Below, piece after piece: positions 9,734 through 19,539 of a stretch of DNA of 64,000 bases. The position numbers were made by a program, and so were the translations under genes. Position 1 is the first letter of the stretch, and every line of letters starts with the position of its first letter. Source of the DNA: Dehalococcoidia bacterium (GTDB lineage Bacteria > Chloroflexota > Dehalococcoidia > Plut-88900); contig OZ240219.1 in NCBI GenBank assembly GCA_965197645.1, positions 832,001 through 896,000 on the forward strand. The letters run 5' to 3'. Below the pieces are notes generated by a model. That model saw nothing but the letters and a program-made list of their open reading frames with translations, was not told the origin of the DNA and ran no database searches.

Positions 9734-12163
9734 GTGACCGGCATGGATGCTGGACGGGAACAGCTCAAGAAAGTCCTGGAGCTGGAGCGGCAAAAGGGCT
9801 GTGAGGACGAAGCGGTCATGGGCGGGCTGGACGGCTTTCTGGAGCGGTGGAACCGAGGCCTGACCAACGGTGGGAACGCTCCGGAGACGGGAATCGAGGC
9901 GCAGCCCAGCTACGGGGCCATGTCGGTGGGGCAACGGCGGGAATGGATCGAAGGGCTGCTGGAACGGCTGGGGGGCACGATAACGACCGCTTCATCCAGG
10001 AAGAAGACCGCTCCAAAGGCAAAAAAACCTCCCTCGGCGGACGGTCTCACCCTGGACTCGCCCGTTACATCGATCAAGGGTGTTCAGGACACCACTGCCA
10101 AGAGGCTGGCCAAGCTGGGGGTCTCCGTCATCAGAGACCTAATCTATCATTTTCCTCACAAGCACAACGATTTCCGGTCGATAGTGCCGATAGCCGACCT
10201 GGTGCCGGGAGCCGAGCAGACGACGGTCGGCATCGTGTGGGAAGCATCGGTGAAGAAGCTGGGGCCCAGAAGGCAGAACACCGAGGCGATTATCGGCGAC
10301 GAGACGGGCAACATGCGGGCGGTCTGGTTCAACAACCCCCACATGGTCAGTAATCTCAAACCCCAACAACGAATAGCCCTCAGCGGCCGGGTCGGCCTTT
10401 TTCGAGGGCAGAAGGTGTTCGAGTCGCCCGACTACGAGGTCCTATCCGGCGAAAGCCGGGTTCACACAGGGCGGCTGGTTCCCGTCTACCCCCTGACCGA
10501 CGGTCTGTACCAACGGTCCATGCGGAACCTGATAAAACGGACCCTGGATATCTGGGCTGACGGGCTGCCCGACTATCTGCCGGCGTCCATCAGAGAGGCC
10601 AACGGGCTGCTTGGCCTATCCGATGCCGTGGTACAGGCCCACTACCCGGAGGACGACGAGTCCAAAGCCGAGGCTCGCCGCCGCCTGGCCTTCGACGAGC
10701 TGTTTCTGATACAGCTTCGGGTGCTGGCTCGCAAGCAGGAGTGGCAGGAGGGCCAGCAGGCCTACGAGCTTGCCAGGGACCCGGGGCTGCTCGACAAGTT
10801 CGTCCAGTCGTTGCCCTTCTCCCTCACCGGCGCACAGACACGGACCCTGGATGAGGTACTCTCGGACCTGGAGAGTTCCCGGCCGATGAGCCGGCTGCTC
10901 CAGGGCGAGGTGGGCAGCGGCAAGACGGTGGTGGCGGCGGGCGCACTCCTGGCGGCGGTTGCCCAGGGCTACCAGGGCGCAATCATGGTGCCGACGGAAA
11001 TCCTCGCCGAACAGCACTTCCGCACCATCTGCGGGCTCCTGGGCGCGGTCCCCGATACGGTGTGGGGTGATGAGAGCATCCAGGTCTTCGATTCCTTCCT
11101 GCAGCGGCCCGTGCGGGTGGGATTCCTCATCAGCGAAGTGCGGGGCAAAGCCAAGCGCGCCCTGAAGACCGCCGTTTCCCAGGGCGGAGTGGACATAGTC
11201 ATCGGGACTCACGCCCTGATCCAGAAGGAGGTGGAGTTTCACAATCTGGCGGTGGCCGTGGTGGACGAGCAGCACCGGTTCGGGGTGATGCAGCGTTCGG
11301 CGCTGCGGCAGAAGGGGGCCAGCCCCCATCTGCTCGTGATGACGGCCACCCCTATTCCTCGCACCCTGGCTCTGACTCTGTACGGCGACCTCGATATATC
11401 GGTGTTGGATGAGCTGCCGCCGGGCAGGCAGGAGATCAAGACCAAGTGGGTATCGCCCCGCCAGCGGCCCAAGGCATATGAGTTCGTTCGCAAGCAGGTC
11501 TCGGAAGGGCGGCAGGCCTTTATCATATGCCCTCTCATCGATGAGTCGGAGGTGCTGGAGACGCGGGCCGCCACCAAGGAGTACGAACGGCTATCCCAGG
11601 AGGTCTTCCCGGACATCCGCATGGGCCTGCTTCACGGCAGATTGCCGGCCGGCGAGAAGGACCAGGTGATGGAGAGCTTTCGCAAGGGCGAGCTTCAGGT
11701 CCTGGTGTCCACGCCGGTAGTGGAGGTGGGCATCGATATCCCCAACGCCACCGTCATGATGGTCGAAGGAGCGGAGCGGTTCGGGCTATCCCAGCTTCAC
11801 CAGTTCAGGGGCCGGGTGGGCAGGGGGCCCGAAAAGAGCTACTGCCTGCTCTTGACCGACAAACCTTCAGCCGAGGTAAGGGAACGGCTATCGCTGATGG
11901 AAAGCACCAACGATGGCTTCAATCTGGCGGAGGAAGACCTGCGCCTGCGGGGCCCCGGCGAGTTCTTCGGTACACGGCAGAGCGGCCTCCCCGACATGCG
12001 AATGGCCCGCCTCAGCGACATGCCGCTGCTGGAGCTGGCCCGGGAGGAGGCGTCTCACCTCTTCTCCGCCGATCCGGAGCTGAAGAGACCCGAGCACAAA
12101 GCCCTATACAAAGAGCTGGCCCGATTCGGGGAAAGCTGGTTCGTGGGCGGCGCCGAGGCGTGA
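9734..12163 (+). CDS. recG: ATP-dependent DNA helicase RecG
   Basis: RLLQGEVGSGKT, DEQHRFGV, MTATPIPRTL, LHQFRGRVGRG and DLRLRGPGE motifs. Confidence 0.97.
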   Translation: MTGMDAGREQLKKVLELERQKGCEDEAVMGGLDGFLERWNRGLTNGGNAPETGIEAQPSYGAMSVGQRREWIEGLLERLGGTITTASSRKKTAPKAKKPPSADGLTLDSPVTSIKGVQDTTAKRLAKLGVSVIRDLIYHFPHKHNDFRSIVPIADLVPGAEQTTVGIVWEASVKKLGPRRQNTEAIIGDETGNMRAVWFNNPHMVSNLKPQQRIALSGRVGLFRGQKVFESPDYEVLSGESRVHTGRLVPVYPLTDGLYQRSMRNLIKRTLDIWADGLPDYLPASIREANGLLGLSDAVVQAHYPEDDESKAEARRRLAFDELFLIQLRVLARKQEWQEGQQAYELARDPGLLDKFVQSLPFSLTGAQTRTLDEVLSDLESSRPMSRLLQGEVGSGKTVVAAGALLAAVAQGYQGAIMVPTEILAEQHFRTICGLLGAVPDTVWGDESIQVFDSFLQRPVRVGFLISEVRGKAKRALKTAVSQGGVDIVIGTHALIQKEVEFHNLAVAVVDEQHRFGVMQRSALRQKGASPHLLVMTATPIPRTLALTLYGDLDISVLDELPPGRQEIKTKWVSPRQRPKAYEFVRKQVSEGRQAFIICPLIDESEVLETRAATKEYERLSQEVFPDIRMGLLHGRLPAGEKDQVMESFRKGELQVLVSTPVVEVGIDIPNATVMMVEGAERFGLSQLHQFRGRVGRGPEKSYCLLLTDKPSAEVRERLSLMESTNDGFNLAEEDLRLRGPGEFFGTRQSGLPDMRMARLSDMPLLELAREEASHLFSADPELKRPEHKALYKELARFGESWFVGGAEA

Positions 12164-12230
12164 TGGACAAGCGAGATACAACTCCCTTCTTCGACAAGCC
12201 GGTGACGAACCGCTAGACTTCCAGGCTGAG

Positions 12231-13892
12231 ATGATTATCAAGGACAAGATCGATCGGATGGTACGGGAGGCCTCGCAGGAGGCCCAGGACAAGGGGCTGC
12301 TGCCCCAGGTCACCCTGCCCGACGTGCTGGTGGAGCGGCCCCAGAACCCGGACCACGGCGACTACGCCGCCACCGCGCCACTCAAGCTGGCCCGCTCCGC
12401 TCGCATGAAGCCCATGACCATTGCGGAGCACCTGTTAGGACTCCTCCAGCCCATGGAGGAGATCGAATCGGTGACCCTGGCTCCGCCCGGCTTCATCAAC
12501 TTCTCTTTGAAGCGGGGATGGTTGAACTCACAGGTCGACTCCATCCTGGAAACGGGTGCCGGCTACGGAGACATAGACCTGGGCGCCGGCCAGAAAGTGC
12601 AGGTGGAGTACGTCAGCGTGAATCCCACGGGCCCGCTGCACGTGGGCCATGGCCGGGGCGCCATACTGGGCAGCGCTCTTTCCCGGGTGCTGCAATCGGC
12701 GGGCTTCGATGTCCAGCAGGAGTACTACATCAACGACGCCGGCACCCAGATGGACTCCTTCTATCGGAGCCTCCACGCCCGGTACCTCCAACAGCTGGGC
12801 ATCGATGCTCAGGTCCCCTCCGAAGGCTACAAGGGCGACTACATGGTGGACCTGGCTAAGGAGGTGGTCTCAGAAGAGGGGGACCGGTTCAAGGATATGC
12901 CCCAGGAACAGGCCATGGTCGAGCTGGGTGCCATAGGTCTGGACAAGATGCTCGCCTCCATCAGGAGCACCCTGGAGGAGATGGGTGTCAACCACGACGT
13001 CTGGTTCAGCGAGCAGCACCTATTCGATAGCGGGGAGTACGATAGGGCGTTAAATGCCATCAAGGCGGGGGGCTACTCCCGGGAGAACGAGGGAGCCATC
13101 TGGTTTGCTTCCACCGCCCTCGGCGAGGACAAGGACAACGTTCTCGTACGAAGCAGCGGACATCCTACCTACTTCGCGTCGGACATCGCTTATCACTACA
13201 ACAAGTTCGTAGAGCGGGGCTTCGATCGGGTGATCAACGTCTGGGGAGCGGACCACCAGGGGCACATCTCTCGCATGAAGGCCGCGGTGACGGCCCTGGG
13301 AGTCGACCCGGACCGGCTGGAGATAATAGTCTCCCAGATGGTCAGCCTGCGCCGCGGCGACGAAGTGGTCAAGGTCTCGAAGCGCAGCGGGGACATCATT
13401 ACGCTGCAGGAGGTGGTCGACGAGGTGGGCGCTGATCCATGCCGGTTCTTCTTCCTCGCCCGCTCTGCAGACAGCCAGATGGACTTCGACCTGGAGCTGG
13501 CTAAAACGCAATCCAACGACAATCCCGCCTACTACCTTCAGTACGCCCACGCCCGGGTCGCCAGCATTCTCAGACTGGCCGAGGAGCGAGGAATCGACTA
13601 CGGAGACGGCAACGTCCGACTCCTGGGCCACGAGGCTGAGCTGGCCCTGGTCCGCCAGATGCTCCGCCTGCCCGAGGTGGTGGAGCTGATAGCCAGGACA
13701 CTGGAGCCCCAGCACCTCCCCCACTACACCCAGGAGCTGGCCACCCATTTCCACAGCTTCTACGAGAAGTGTCGCGTCATCGGCGAAGATGAGGCCATGA
13801 ACAAGGCCCGCCTGAAGCTGGTAAAGGCGGTGCAGGTGGTGCTGGCCAAGGGGTTGGACCTGATGGGCATGTCCGCACCCGAGCGGATGTAG
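12231..13892 (+). CDS. argS: Arginine--tRNA ligase
   Basis: VEYVSVNPTGPLHVGHGRGA, WGADHQG, YLQYAHAR and the C-terminal APERM. Confidence 0.97.
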   Translation: MIIKDKIDRMVREASQEAQDKGLLPQVTLPDVLVERPQNPDHGDYAATAPLKLARSARMKPMTIAEHLLGLLQPMEEIESVTLAPPGFINFSLKRGWLNSQVDSILETGAGYGDIDLGAGQKVQVEYVSVNPTGPLHVGHGRGAILGSALSRVLQSAGFDVQQEYYINDAGTQMDSFYRSLHARYLQQLGIDAQVPSEGYKGDYMVDLAKEVVSEEGDRFKDMPQEQAMVELGAIGLDKMLASIRSTLEEMGVNHDVWFSEQHLFDSGEYDRALNAIKAGGYSRENEGAIWFASTALGEDKDNVLVRSSGHPTYFASDIAYHYNKFVERGFDRVINVWGADHQGHISRMKAAVTALGVDPDRLEIIVSQMVSLRRGDEVVKVSKRSGDIITLQEVVDEVGADPCRFFFLARSADSQMDFDLELAKTQSNDNPAYYLQYAHARVASILRLAEERGIDYGDGNVRLLGHEAELALVRQMLRLPEVVELIARTLEPQHLPHYTQELATHFHSFYEKCRVIGEDEAMNKARLKLVKAVQVVLAKGLDLMGMSAPERM

Positions 13893-13903
13893 GTCTATAC
13901 CCT

Positions 13904-13990
13904 CGTCATTGCCACGCCCCGACAAAGTCGGGGCGTGGCAATCTAGCCACGTCTGGCCGTTGACCCGGCAGAGTCGTATCCTCCCACCCA
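13904..13990. repeat. CGTC-tagged REP-like palindrome, family A, copy 1
   Basis: Perfect 16-bp stem ATTGCCACGCCCCGAC-aaa-GTCGGGGCGTGGCAAT (13908-13942); the 3' flank gtctggccgtt..gcagag.cgt is shared with the copy at 57810. Confidence 0.85.
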
Positions 13991-14130
13991 CCCGCCCTAG
14001 GATGAGTTAGTAGCTGGGGGCACATCCCCCAACCCCCTGCCAGATGGTTTCCCTCTGGACTCCCTGGATACGGTGTCCTGGGATAGGATCGCCGCCTGCA
14101 CAGAATTGTCGTTGACATATCGATGAACCA

Positions 14131-14264
14131 CGGGGTGTGCAGAGGGGCGAATTCAATTCTTCTGAGACTGCCTACTGGGGGCCGGGAGTCTGAGGGTGTC
14201 CCTCAGAACTTATCTCTTCTTCTGCCCCCTTCGGGGTCAGGAAGGGGGCCAGGGGGATGGTCGC
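14131..14264 (-). repeat. Composite intergenic repeat, family B (MITE-like)
   Basis: Reverse complement matches 43222-43586 (CGACCATCCCCCTGGCCCCCTTCCTG; TCTGAGGGACACCC..CTCAGACTCCC; CACACCCC). Confidence 0.75.
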
Positions 14265-14358
14265 GAGTTTGTTGAGTAATCCACCGTGCCTATGCTAGAC
14301 TGCAACGGCATTTCGGCCTGAGAACTCGGCTCCACCGACATGGGGTAAAGCTCCAAAA

Positions 14359-15354
14359 ATGTCATCCACCAAGAAGGGTACAGTCTTCTCCGGCGCTCGA
14401 CCTACGGGTAGGCAGCACATAGGCAACTACCTGGGCGCCATAAAGAATTACGTGGCGCTGCAAGACGACTACGACTGCATCTACTGCGCCGTCGATGTTC
14501 ACGCCCTGACCACCCTACAGGACACCGACAAGCTCCAGGACAACATCAAGGAGATGCTGCTGGACTGGCTGGCCGCCGGCCTGGATCCGGAGCGAAGCAT
14601 CCTCTTCGTCCAGTCCCACGTCCCCGAAGTCATGGTCCTGCACACCCTTCTCAGCATGGTCACGCCCCACGGCTGGCTGACCCGTGTGCCCACCTTCAAG
14701 GACAAGGCGCGGCAGCAGCCGGAGAACATCAACTACGGCCTGGTGGGATATCCGGTGTTGATGACGGCGGACATAGTCATCTACAAGGCGGATACGGTCC
14801 CCGTGGGCGAGGACCAGCTTCCCCACCTGGAGCTGGCGAGGGAGATCGTGAGGCGATTCAATCACATCTTTACGCCCACCTTTCCCGAGCCCAAGGCCAA
14901 GCTGACCGAAACCCCCCTCATCCTCGGCCTTGATGGCGCTCAGAAGATGAGCAAGAGCGTGGATAATCACATCGAGTTGGCCCTGACGCCGGAGGAGACC
15001 AAGAAGCGGGTGATGACCGCCGTCACCGACCCACAGCGCCGGTACAAGTCCGATCCGGGCCGGCCCGAAGTCTGCAACGTCTATAGTCTCCACTCCCACT
15101 TCAACCCCGACCAGGTGGAGGACATCGCCGACCAGTGCCGGAGCGCTCAGAGGGGGTGCGTGGACTGCAAAGGCATCCTCGCCGAGGGGATCAATCGAGA
15201 GCTGGCCTCTTTCAGGGAACGCAGGCAGGAGCTCTCCGAAAAACCGGACCACCTTACCGACGTATTGGCCCATGGCGCAGACCGGGCCCGGGTAATAGCC
15301 AGGGAGACGCTGGCCGAGGCCGAAGAGAAGATGGGCCTCAAGCCCGAGGCCTAG
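14359..15354 (+). CDS. trpS: Tryptophan--tRNA ligase
   Basis: SGARPTG..HIGNYLGA, FVQSHVPE, YPVLMTADI, VPVGEDQ and KMSKS motifs. Confidence 0.97.
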   Translation: MSSTKKGTVFSGARPTGRQHIGNYLGAIKNYVALQDDYDCIYCAVDVHALTTLQDTDKLQDNIKEMLLDWLAAGLDPERSILFVQSHVPEVMVLHTLLSMVTPHGWLTRVPTFKDKARQQPENINYGLVGYPVLMTADIVIYKADTVPVGEDQLPHLELAREIVRRFNHIFTPTFPEPKAKLTETPLILGLDGAQKMSKSVDNHIELALTPEETKKRVMTAVTDPQRRYKSDPGRPEVCNVYSLHSHFNPDQVEDIADQCRSAQRGCVDCKGILAEGINRELASFRERRQELSEKPDHLTDVLAHGADRARVIARETLAEAEEKMGLKPEA

Positions 15355-15356
15355 AC

Positions 15357-16205
15357 GTGGAGCTGCCCCTCTCCGCAAGCGGCTTGTCCATATCTGACGT
15401 CGCCGTCGAAGCCGTAAAAGAGGCCGGGCGTGTGCTGGCGGAGAACCTACCCAGGGACAAAGAGATCACCTTCAAGGGCAGGGGCAACGTCGTGACCAAC
15501 CTGGACGTCCAGGTGGAGGAGATGCTAAAGGACCGTCTGCTTCGGGAGCTACCAGGTTTCGGCGTCCTGTGCGAGGAGGGTGAGGCCATCGAGGGGGAGA
15601 CGGGATACACTTGGGTCATGGATCCCCTGGACGGCACCCGAAATTACGCCTCGGGGAGTCCTATCTTCACTGTAAACCTGGGACTGGCCTACGAAGGCGA
15701 AGTGGTGATGGGCCTCACCTACGATCCGATGCGCGGGGAGCTGTTCCACTCGATAAAGGGCCAGGGTGCCTTCGTGAACGACACACCGATCACCGTGGCC
15801 GACCGATCGTCGGTCCAGGACTCGGTGGTGGCACTGGACATGGGGTACAGCGATGAGCGGGCCGAGAAGGCGCTGAGGATTCTGGCCGATATCTGGCCCG
15901 GTATGCAGTCGATACGGATCATGGGCTCGGCGGCGCTGGCCCTGGCATACGTGGCCGCCGGTCGTATCGACCTCTATTTTCATCACAATCTGGCCCCCTG
16001 GGACCTGGTAAGCGGCATCCTGCTGGTGAAAGAGGCCGGTGGGGTGATAACCCAGGGCGATGGGTCCGAGATAAGCTATATGAGCACCAGCGTAGTGGCC
16101 TCCAACGAGGCCGCGCACTCCGATTTCCTTCGCCTGACCGAAGGGAGCGAATACAGGGCGGCTCTAGAGGTATCGCCAATCAATGCTTCAGTTGAAACCC
16201 AATAA
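15357..16205 (+). CDS. Inositol monophosphatase family protein (SuhB-like)
   Basis: CEE, WVMDPLDGTRNY, RIMGSAAL and PWD motifs; start trimmed to GTG 15357 after the trpS stop. Confidence 0.92.
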   Translation: MELPLSASGLSISDVAVEAVKEAGRVLAENLPRDKEITFKGRGNVVTNLDVQVEEMLKDRLLRELPGFGVLCEEGEAIEGETGYTWVMDPLDGTRNYASGSPIFTVNLGLAYEGEVVMGLTYDPMRGELFHSIKGQGAFVNDTPITVADRSSVQDSVVALDMGYSDERAEKALRILADIWPGMQSIRIMGSAALALAYVAAGRIDLYFHHNLAPWDLVSGILLVKEAGGVITQGDGSEISYMSTSVVASNEAAHSDFLRLTEGSEYRAALEVSPINASVETQ

Positions 16206-16238
16206 TGCCGTAGCTGAAAAACAAGGATGAGGTGAGCA

Positions 16239-17687
16239 ATGGGCTTGAGGACCGGAGAGGAGTATCGAGAGTCTATCCGCGATGGCCGGGAGGTCTTTTA
16301 CGACGGTGAGCTGGTCACGGATATCACCCGACATCCCGCCTTCAAACCCATCATCGATGTGCGCTCGCGCATGTACGACATGCAGTCCGAGACCGAGTTT
16401 CAGGAGACGCTCACCTTCAGGCAGGATGACGGGTCCATAGCCTGCCGGTCCTTGAAGCCGCCGGTAAGCCAGGATGACCTGCTGGCCCAGCGAAGGTACG
16501 TCGAGACCGTCCTGGGGGAGATAGGCGGCGTGGTCGAGCGGGTCGGTGATGACACGGCCGGCGAGATGTGGTCCATGTACGATGCCAGGGAGATGTTGCG
16601 GGGATTCAATCCCCTCTTCGCTGAGAACGTCGAGCGGCACGTCAAGCGGCTGATGGACAGAGACCTGTTCCACGTCAGCGGCAATACCGATCCCAAGGGA
16701 GACCGCAGCCTGTCGCCCCAGGAGCAAGACCCGGACATGCTCCTGCACGTGGTGGAGGAACGGGACGATGGCATCGTGGTGAGGGGCGCCAAGTACGAAA
16801 CGGCCGCCTGCTACGCGAACCAGGGTTTCGTCAAGCCCACCATCGCCCAGTGGGACGCGGCGCTGAAGGACTACGCCGTGGGGTTCATCACCGATATGAA
16901 CGCCAAGGGACTCAAGCACATATGCCGCACGGCCTTGGCGGTGGGCAAAGACCCCAAGGACTATCCCATCGGCACACGGTTTGACGAGATAGATACCCTG
17001 CTCATCTTCGACGATGTTCTGGTGCCGTGGGAAAACGTGTTCTTTTCCAGGCTTCCCGAGGCGGCAGGTTACATAAGAGGCACGCTGCACCGGTACGTGG
17101 TCTTCCCCTTCGTCATGCGCACGTTGTTCAGGGCGGACATGCTGCTGGGGACGGCCTTTCTCAACGTGGAGCAGACGGGGCTGGAGAGAAATCCGGTGGT
17201 ACGGGAGAAGCTGGTCCAGCTGATGTGCTACAGGGAGACGTTGAACGCACACCTCCACGCCGCTGTGTACACGTCCGAGCCCAGCCCGGGCGGGCTCTGC
17301 ATGCCCAACCAGGCCATAATCTACGCCGGTAGGATATTCGGGTCCAGCAACCTGCCCAACATGATCGCCATCGTGCGGGAGCTGGCGGGAGGGCAGCTGG
17401 AGCTTACCCCGGATACGGCGTCGTGGAACAACCCCGAGGTGAGAGGATACCTGGAGAAGTACTATTCGATTGGCGAGTGGGGCATGGAGGATCGGATCCG
17501 GCTGCTCCATTTCACTCGAGACCTGGTCAACTCCTCGATGGCCGGGCACAAGCTGGCATTTCAGCTCTTCGCCCAGAGCCCTCCGTACGCCAACGCGCTG
17601 GCCCTCTTCCACAACTTCGACCCGACACCCATGAAGAAGCTGGTCAAGAAGGCCGCCGACCTGTCCGAGGCCATCGCAACGGGGTAA
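16239..17687 (+). CDS. 4-hydroxyphenylacetate 3-hydroxylase family flavin monooxygenase, oxygenase component (HpaB/PvcC-like)
   Basis: RTGEEYRESIRDGREVF, TRHPAF, NTDPKGDRS, GIVVRGAK and RFDEIDTLLIFDDVLVPWENVF motifs. Confidence 0.9.
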   Translation: MGLRTGEEYRESIRDGREVFYDGELVTDITRHPAFKPIIDVRSRMYDMQSETEFQETLTFRQDDGSIACRSLKPPVSQDDLLAQRRYVETVLGEIGGVVERVGDDTAGEMWSMYDAREMLRGFNPLFAENVERHVKRLMDRDLFHVSGNTDPKGDRSLSPQEQDPDMLLHVVEERDDGIVVRGAKYETAACYANQGFVKPTIAQWDAALKDYAVGFITDMNAKGLKHICRTALAVGKDPKDYPIGTRFDEIDTLLIFDDVLVPWENVFFSRLPEAAGYIRGTLHRYVVFPFVMRTLFRADMLLGTAFLNVEQTGLERNPVVREKLVQLMCYRETLNAHLHAAVYTSEPSPGGLCMPNQAIIYAGRIFGSSNLPNMIAIVRELAGGQLELTPDTASWNNPEVRGYLEKYYSIGEWGMEDRIRLLHFTRDLVNSSMAGHKLAFQLFAQSPPYANALALFHNFDPTPMKKLVKKAADLSEAIATG

Positions 17688-17720
17688 GATAGAGAGGAAC
17701 GCCTAGATAGAGGTGACGCT

Positions 17721-18392
17721 ATGACCTTTTCACTGGTCGGGCACTGCGAACGGACAGGCATGGTGGGCATGGCCGTCTCCACCAGCAGCATCTGCGTCGG
17801 CGCCCGGTGCGTCTGGGTGAGGGCCAACGTGGGCGCCGTTGCGACCCAACATCTAACCGATCCTCGACTGGGCCAGCTGGGACTCGATCTGCTCAGTCGT
17901 GGATACTCGGCCCAGGCTACCCTCGATGAGCTGGTTAAGGCCGGCGCGTACCCCGAGTACCGGCAGATCGGTGTGATCGACTGCGATGGACACTCCGCCG
18001 GCTACACCGGGGACCAGGTGATGTTGGAGCGGCGCCACTACACGGGGGAGCACGTGACCGCGGTGGGCAACCTCCTGAAGACCGAGGAGGTCGCTATAGC
18101 GATGGGCCAAAGCTTCGAGGCGAACCCGGACCTGCACGTCGCAGAGCGGTTGATGCTGGCCCTGGAAGCGGGCAAGGATGCCGGCGGCGAGGTCGGGGGC
18201 AACGAGCATTCGGCCGCTTTATGGGTCGCCGATAGACAGCCCTTCCCCCTGGTGGACCTGAGGGTGGACTGGCACGATGCCCCGATAGTCGAGCTGCGCA
18301 AGCTGTGGGAGAGGTACGAGCCCGAGATGAACGACTTCATAAACCGGGCCGTACACCCCAACAAGGCCGCCCCACACCCCATATCCCGATAG
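17721..18392 (+). CDS. DUF1028 family (Ntn-hydrolase-like) protein
   Basis: MTFSLVG..RTG..G.AVS, GAVATQ, GNLL, ALEAG..AGGE and DLRVDWHDAP motifs. Confidence 0.9.
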   Translation: MTFSLVGHCERTGMVGMAVSTSSICVGARCVWVRANVGAVATQHLTDPRLGQLGLDLLSRGYSAQATLDELVKAGAYPEYRQIGVIDCDGHSAGYTGDQVMLERRHYTGEHVTAVGNLLKTEEVAIAMGQSFEANPDLHVAERLMLALEAGKDAGGEVGGNEHSAALWVADRQPFPLVDLRVDWHDAPIVELRKLWERYEPEMNDFINRAVHPNKAAPHPISR

Positions 18393-18476
18393 AGGAGTCA
18401 GGTTGTACTGCCGGGTCCGGAGGAGGTACGCCTCTTCCTAGCTAGGATGGGGCTACGGGGATGCTCCAAGCAGACT

Positions 18477-18601
18477 AGATTGCTTCGCTCCCTTCAACCT
18501 CCACAGGACGCACTCCCCCCCGCTCGCAACGACGACCACGGTTAGATTGGATCCTTACCTTCGTCATTGCGAGGCCCGACAAAGTCGGGACGTGGCAATC
18601 T
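18477..18601. repeat. Family A REP-like doublet (two inverted units)
   Basis: AGATTGCTTCGCTC...CGCTCGCAACGACG, spacer, then CGTCATTGCGAGGCCCGACAAAGTCGGGACGTGGCAATCT; closely similar to 25303-25426. Confidence 0.85.
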
Positions 18602-18869
18602 AACGAGAATGGTTAGGGCCACTTCTTGAGAGGATGAGGGTTTCTTCCAAGTGAGCGGGGACTAGGACATGCGTCCCCTGAGACAGGCTCCCAGCGGTTC
18701 ATGTTTGACTTACGTCGAGTCGCAATGCGAATGAGTGTATCTTTGATCTAAGCTTTGCGGGATACTCATAGGATTGCCAGTGCATTAAAGATGGTGGTAC
18801 ATTGGATTTCTTGTTGCAGGTGACAACAAAAACCAGCACGATGACGAGGGCGAAGGGAGAAAGGTCATA

Positions 18870-19202
18870 GTGGCAACGAATCGTCAACGATTGATACGTT
18901 TGCTGGTACAACTCGAACCACAGCCGGAGGGAGGGTACACGGTAACATCACCGGTGTTGCCGGAACTTGTAACAGAGGGCGATACCATCGCCGAAGTTAA
19001 CACCAACGTCGCAGACGCTTTCCGGGCCGTCGCCGAGCTTTACCAGGACCGCGGACAGGAGTTGCCCGGGGAATTGTATGTAGAGGCGCTTGACGAACCG
19101 TTCACGTTGGTACATACGGAGACACCTAACGAACCACGCACCTTAGTATATGTGGGGACATCTAACGATTCCTTCGCGTTAGAATCAGTTACCACACGGT
19201 GA
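18870..19202 (+). CDS. hicB: HicB-family antitoxin (RNase H-like domain only)
   Basis: EGGYTVTSPVLPELVTEGDTIAE..NV.DA motif; GTGA-coupled to hicA. Confidence 0.85.
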   Translation: MATNRQRLIRLLVQLEPQPEGGYTVTSPVLPELVTEGDTIAEVNTNVADAFRAVAELYQDRGQELPGELYVEALDEPFTLVHTETPNEPRTLVYVGTSNDSFALESVTTR

Positions 19203-19411
19203 AGTACAAGGACGTCGCTCGGCGTCTCAAGTCCTTGGGGTGTACGGAGATTCCTCGGAGAGGTGGAGGATCTCATCGCAAGTGGGTTAACCCCGCCACT
19301 AATAAGGGCACATCCGTTCCCGATTGGGGCAGTAAAGATTTGAAAGAAGGAACCCTCCGTGCCGTAGTGCGTAAGTTGGGCTTAGCTTGGCCTGACTTCC
19401 GTTCCGCCTGA
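19199..19411 (+). CDS. hicA: HicA-family toxin (mRNase)
   Basis: 70-aa basic protein with GGGSH, VPDWG and GTLRAVVRKLG motifs. Confidence 0.88.
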   Translation: MKYKDVARRLKSLGCTEIPRRGGGSHRKWVNPATNKGTSVPDWGSKDLKEGTLRAVVRKLGLAWPDFRSA

Positions 19412-19448
19412 TTTTTCTGACTGAAGAGCGGCCCGCACGGTCTTGTCC

Positions 19449-19478
19449 TTGACACCCCATGCGCTTACGGTCTAAGAT
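19449..19478 (+). promoter_or_regulatory. Sigma70-type promoter of the rny operon
   Basis: TTGACA(19449)-N18-TAAGAT(19473). Confidence 0.6.
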
Positions 19479-19539
19479 AAATCGTTAAGCTGGGACGTTC
19501 TATCAGTTCTTTAACAAATCGATAGAAAGCGAGGAGAAG

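Noticed and set aside
13893-14358. T-box riboswitch upstream of trpS
   Set aside because: I could not find a T-box consensus (AAnnnGGGTGGnACC-like); the region is explained by repeat families A and B.
18699-18911. 70-aa minus-strand ORF in the AT-richer stretch before hicB
   Set aside because: It has no RBS or recognisable motif and overlaps the hicB start; probably non-coding.
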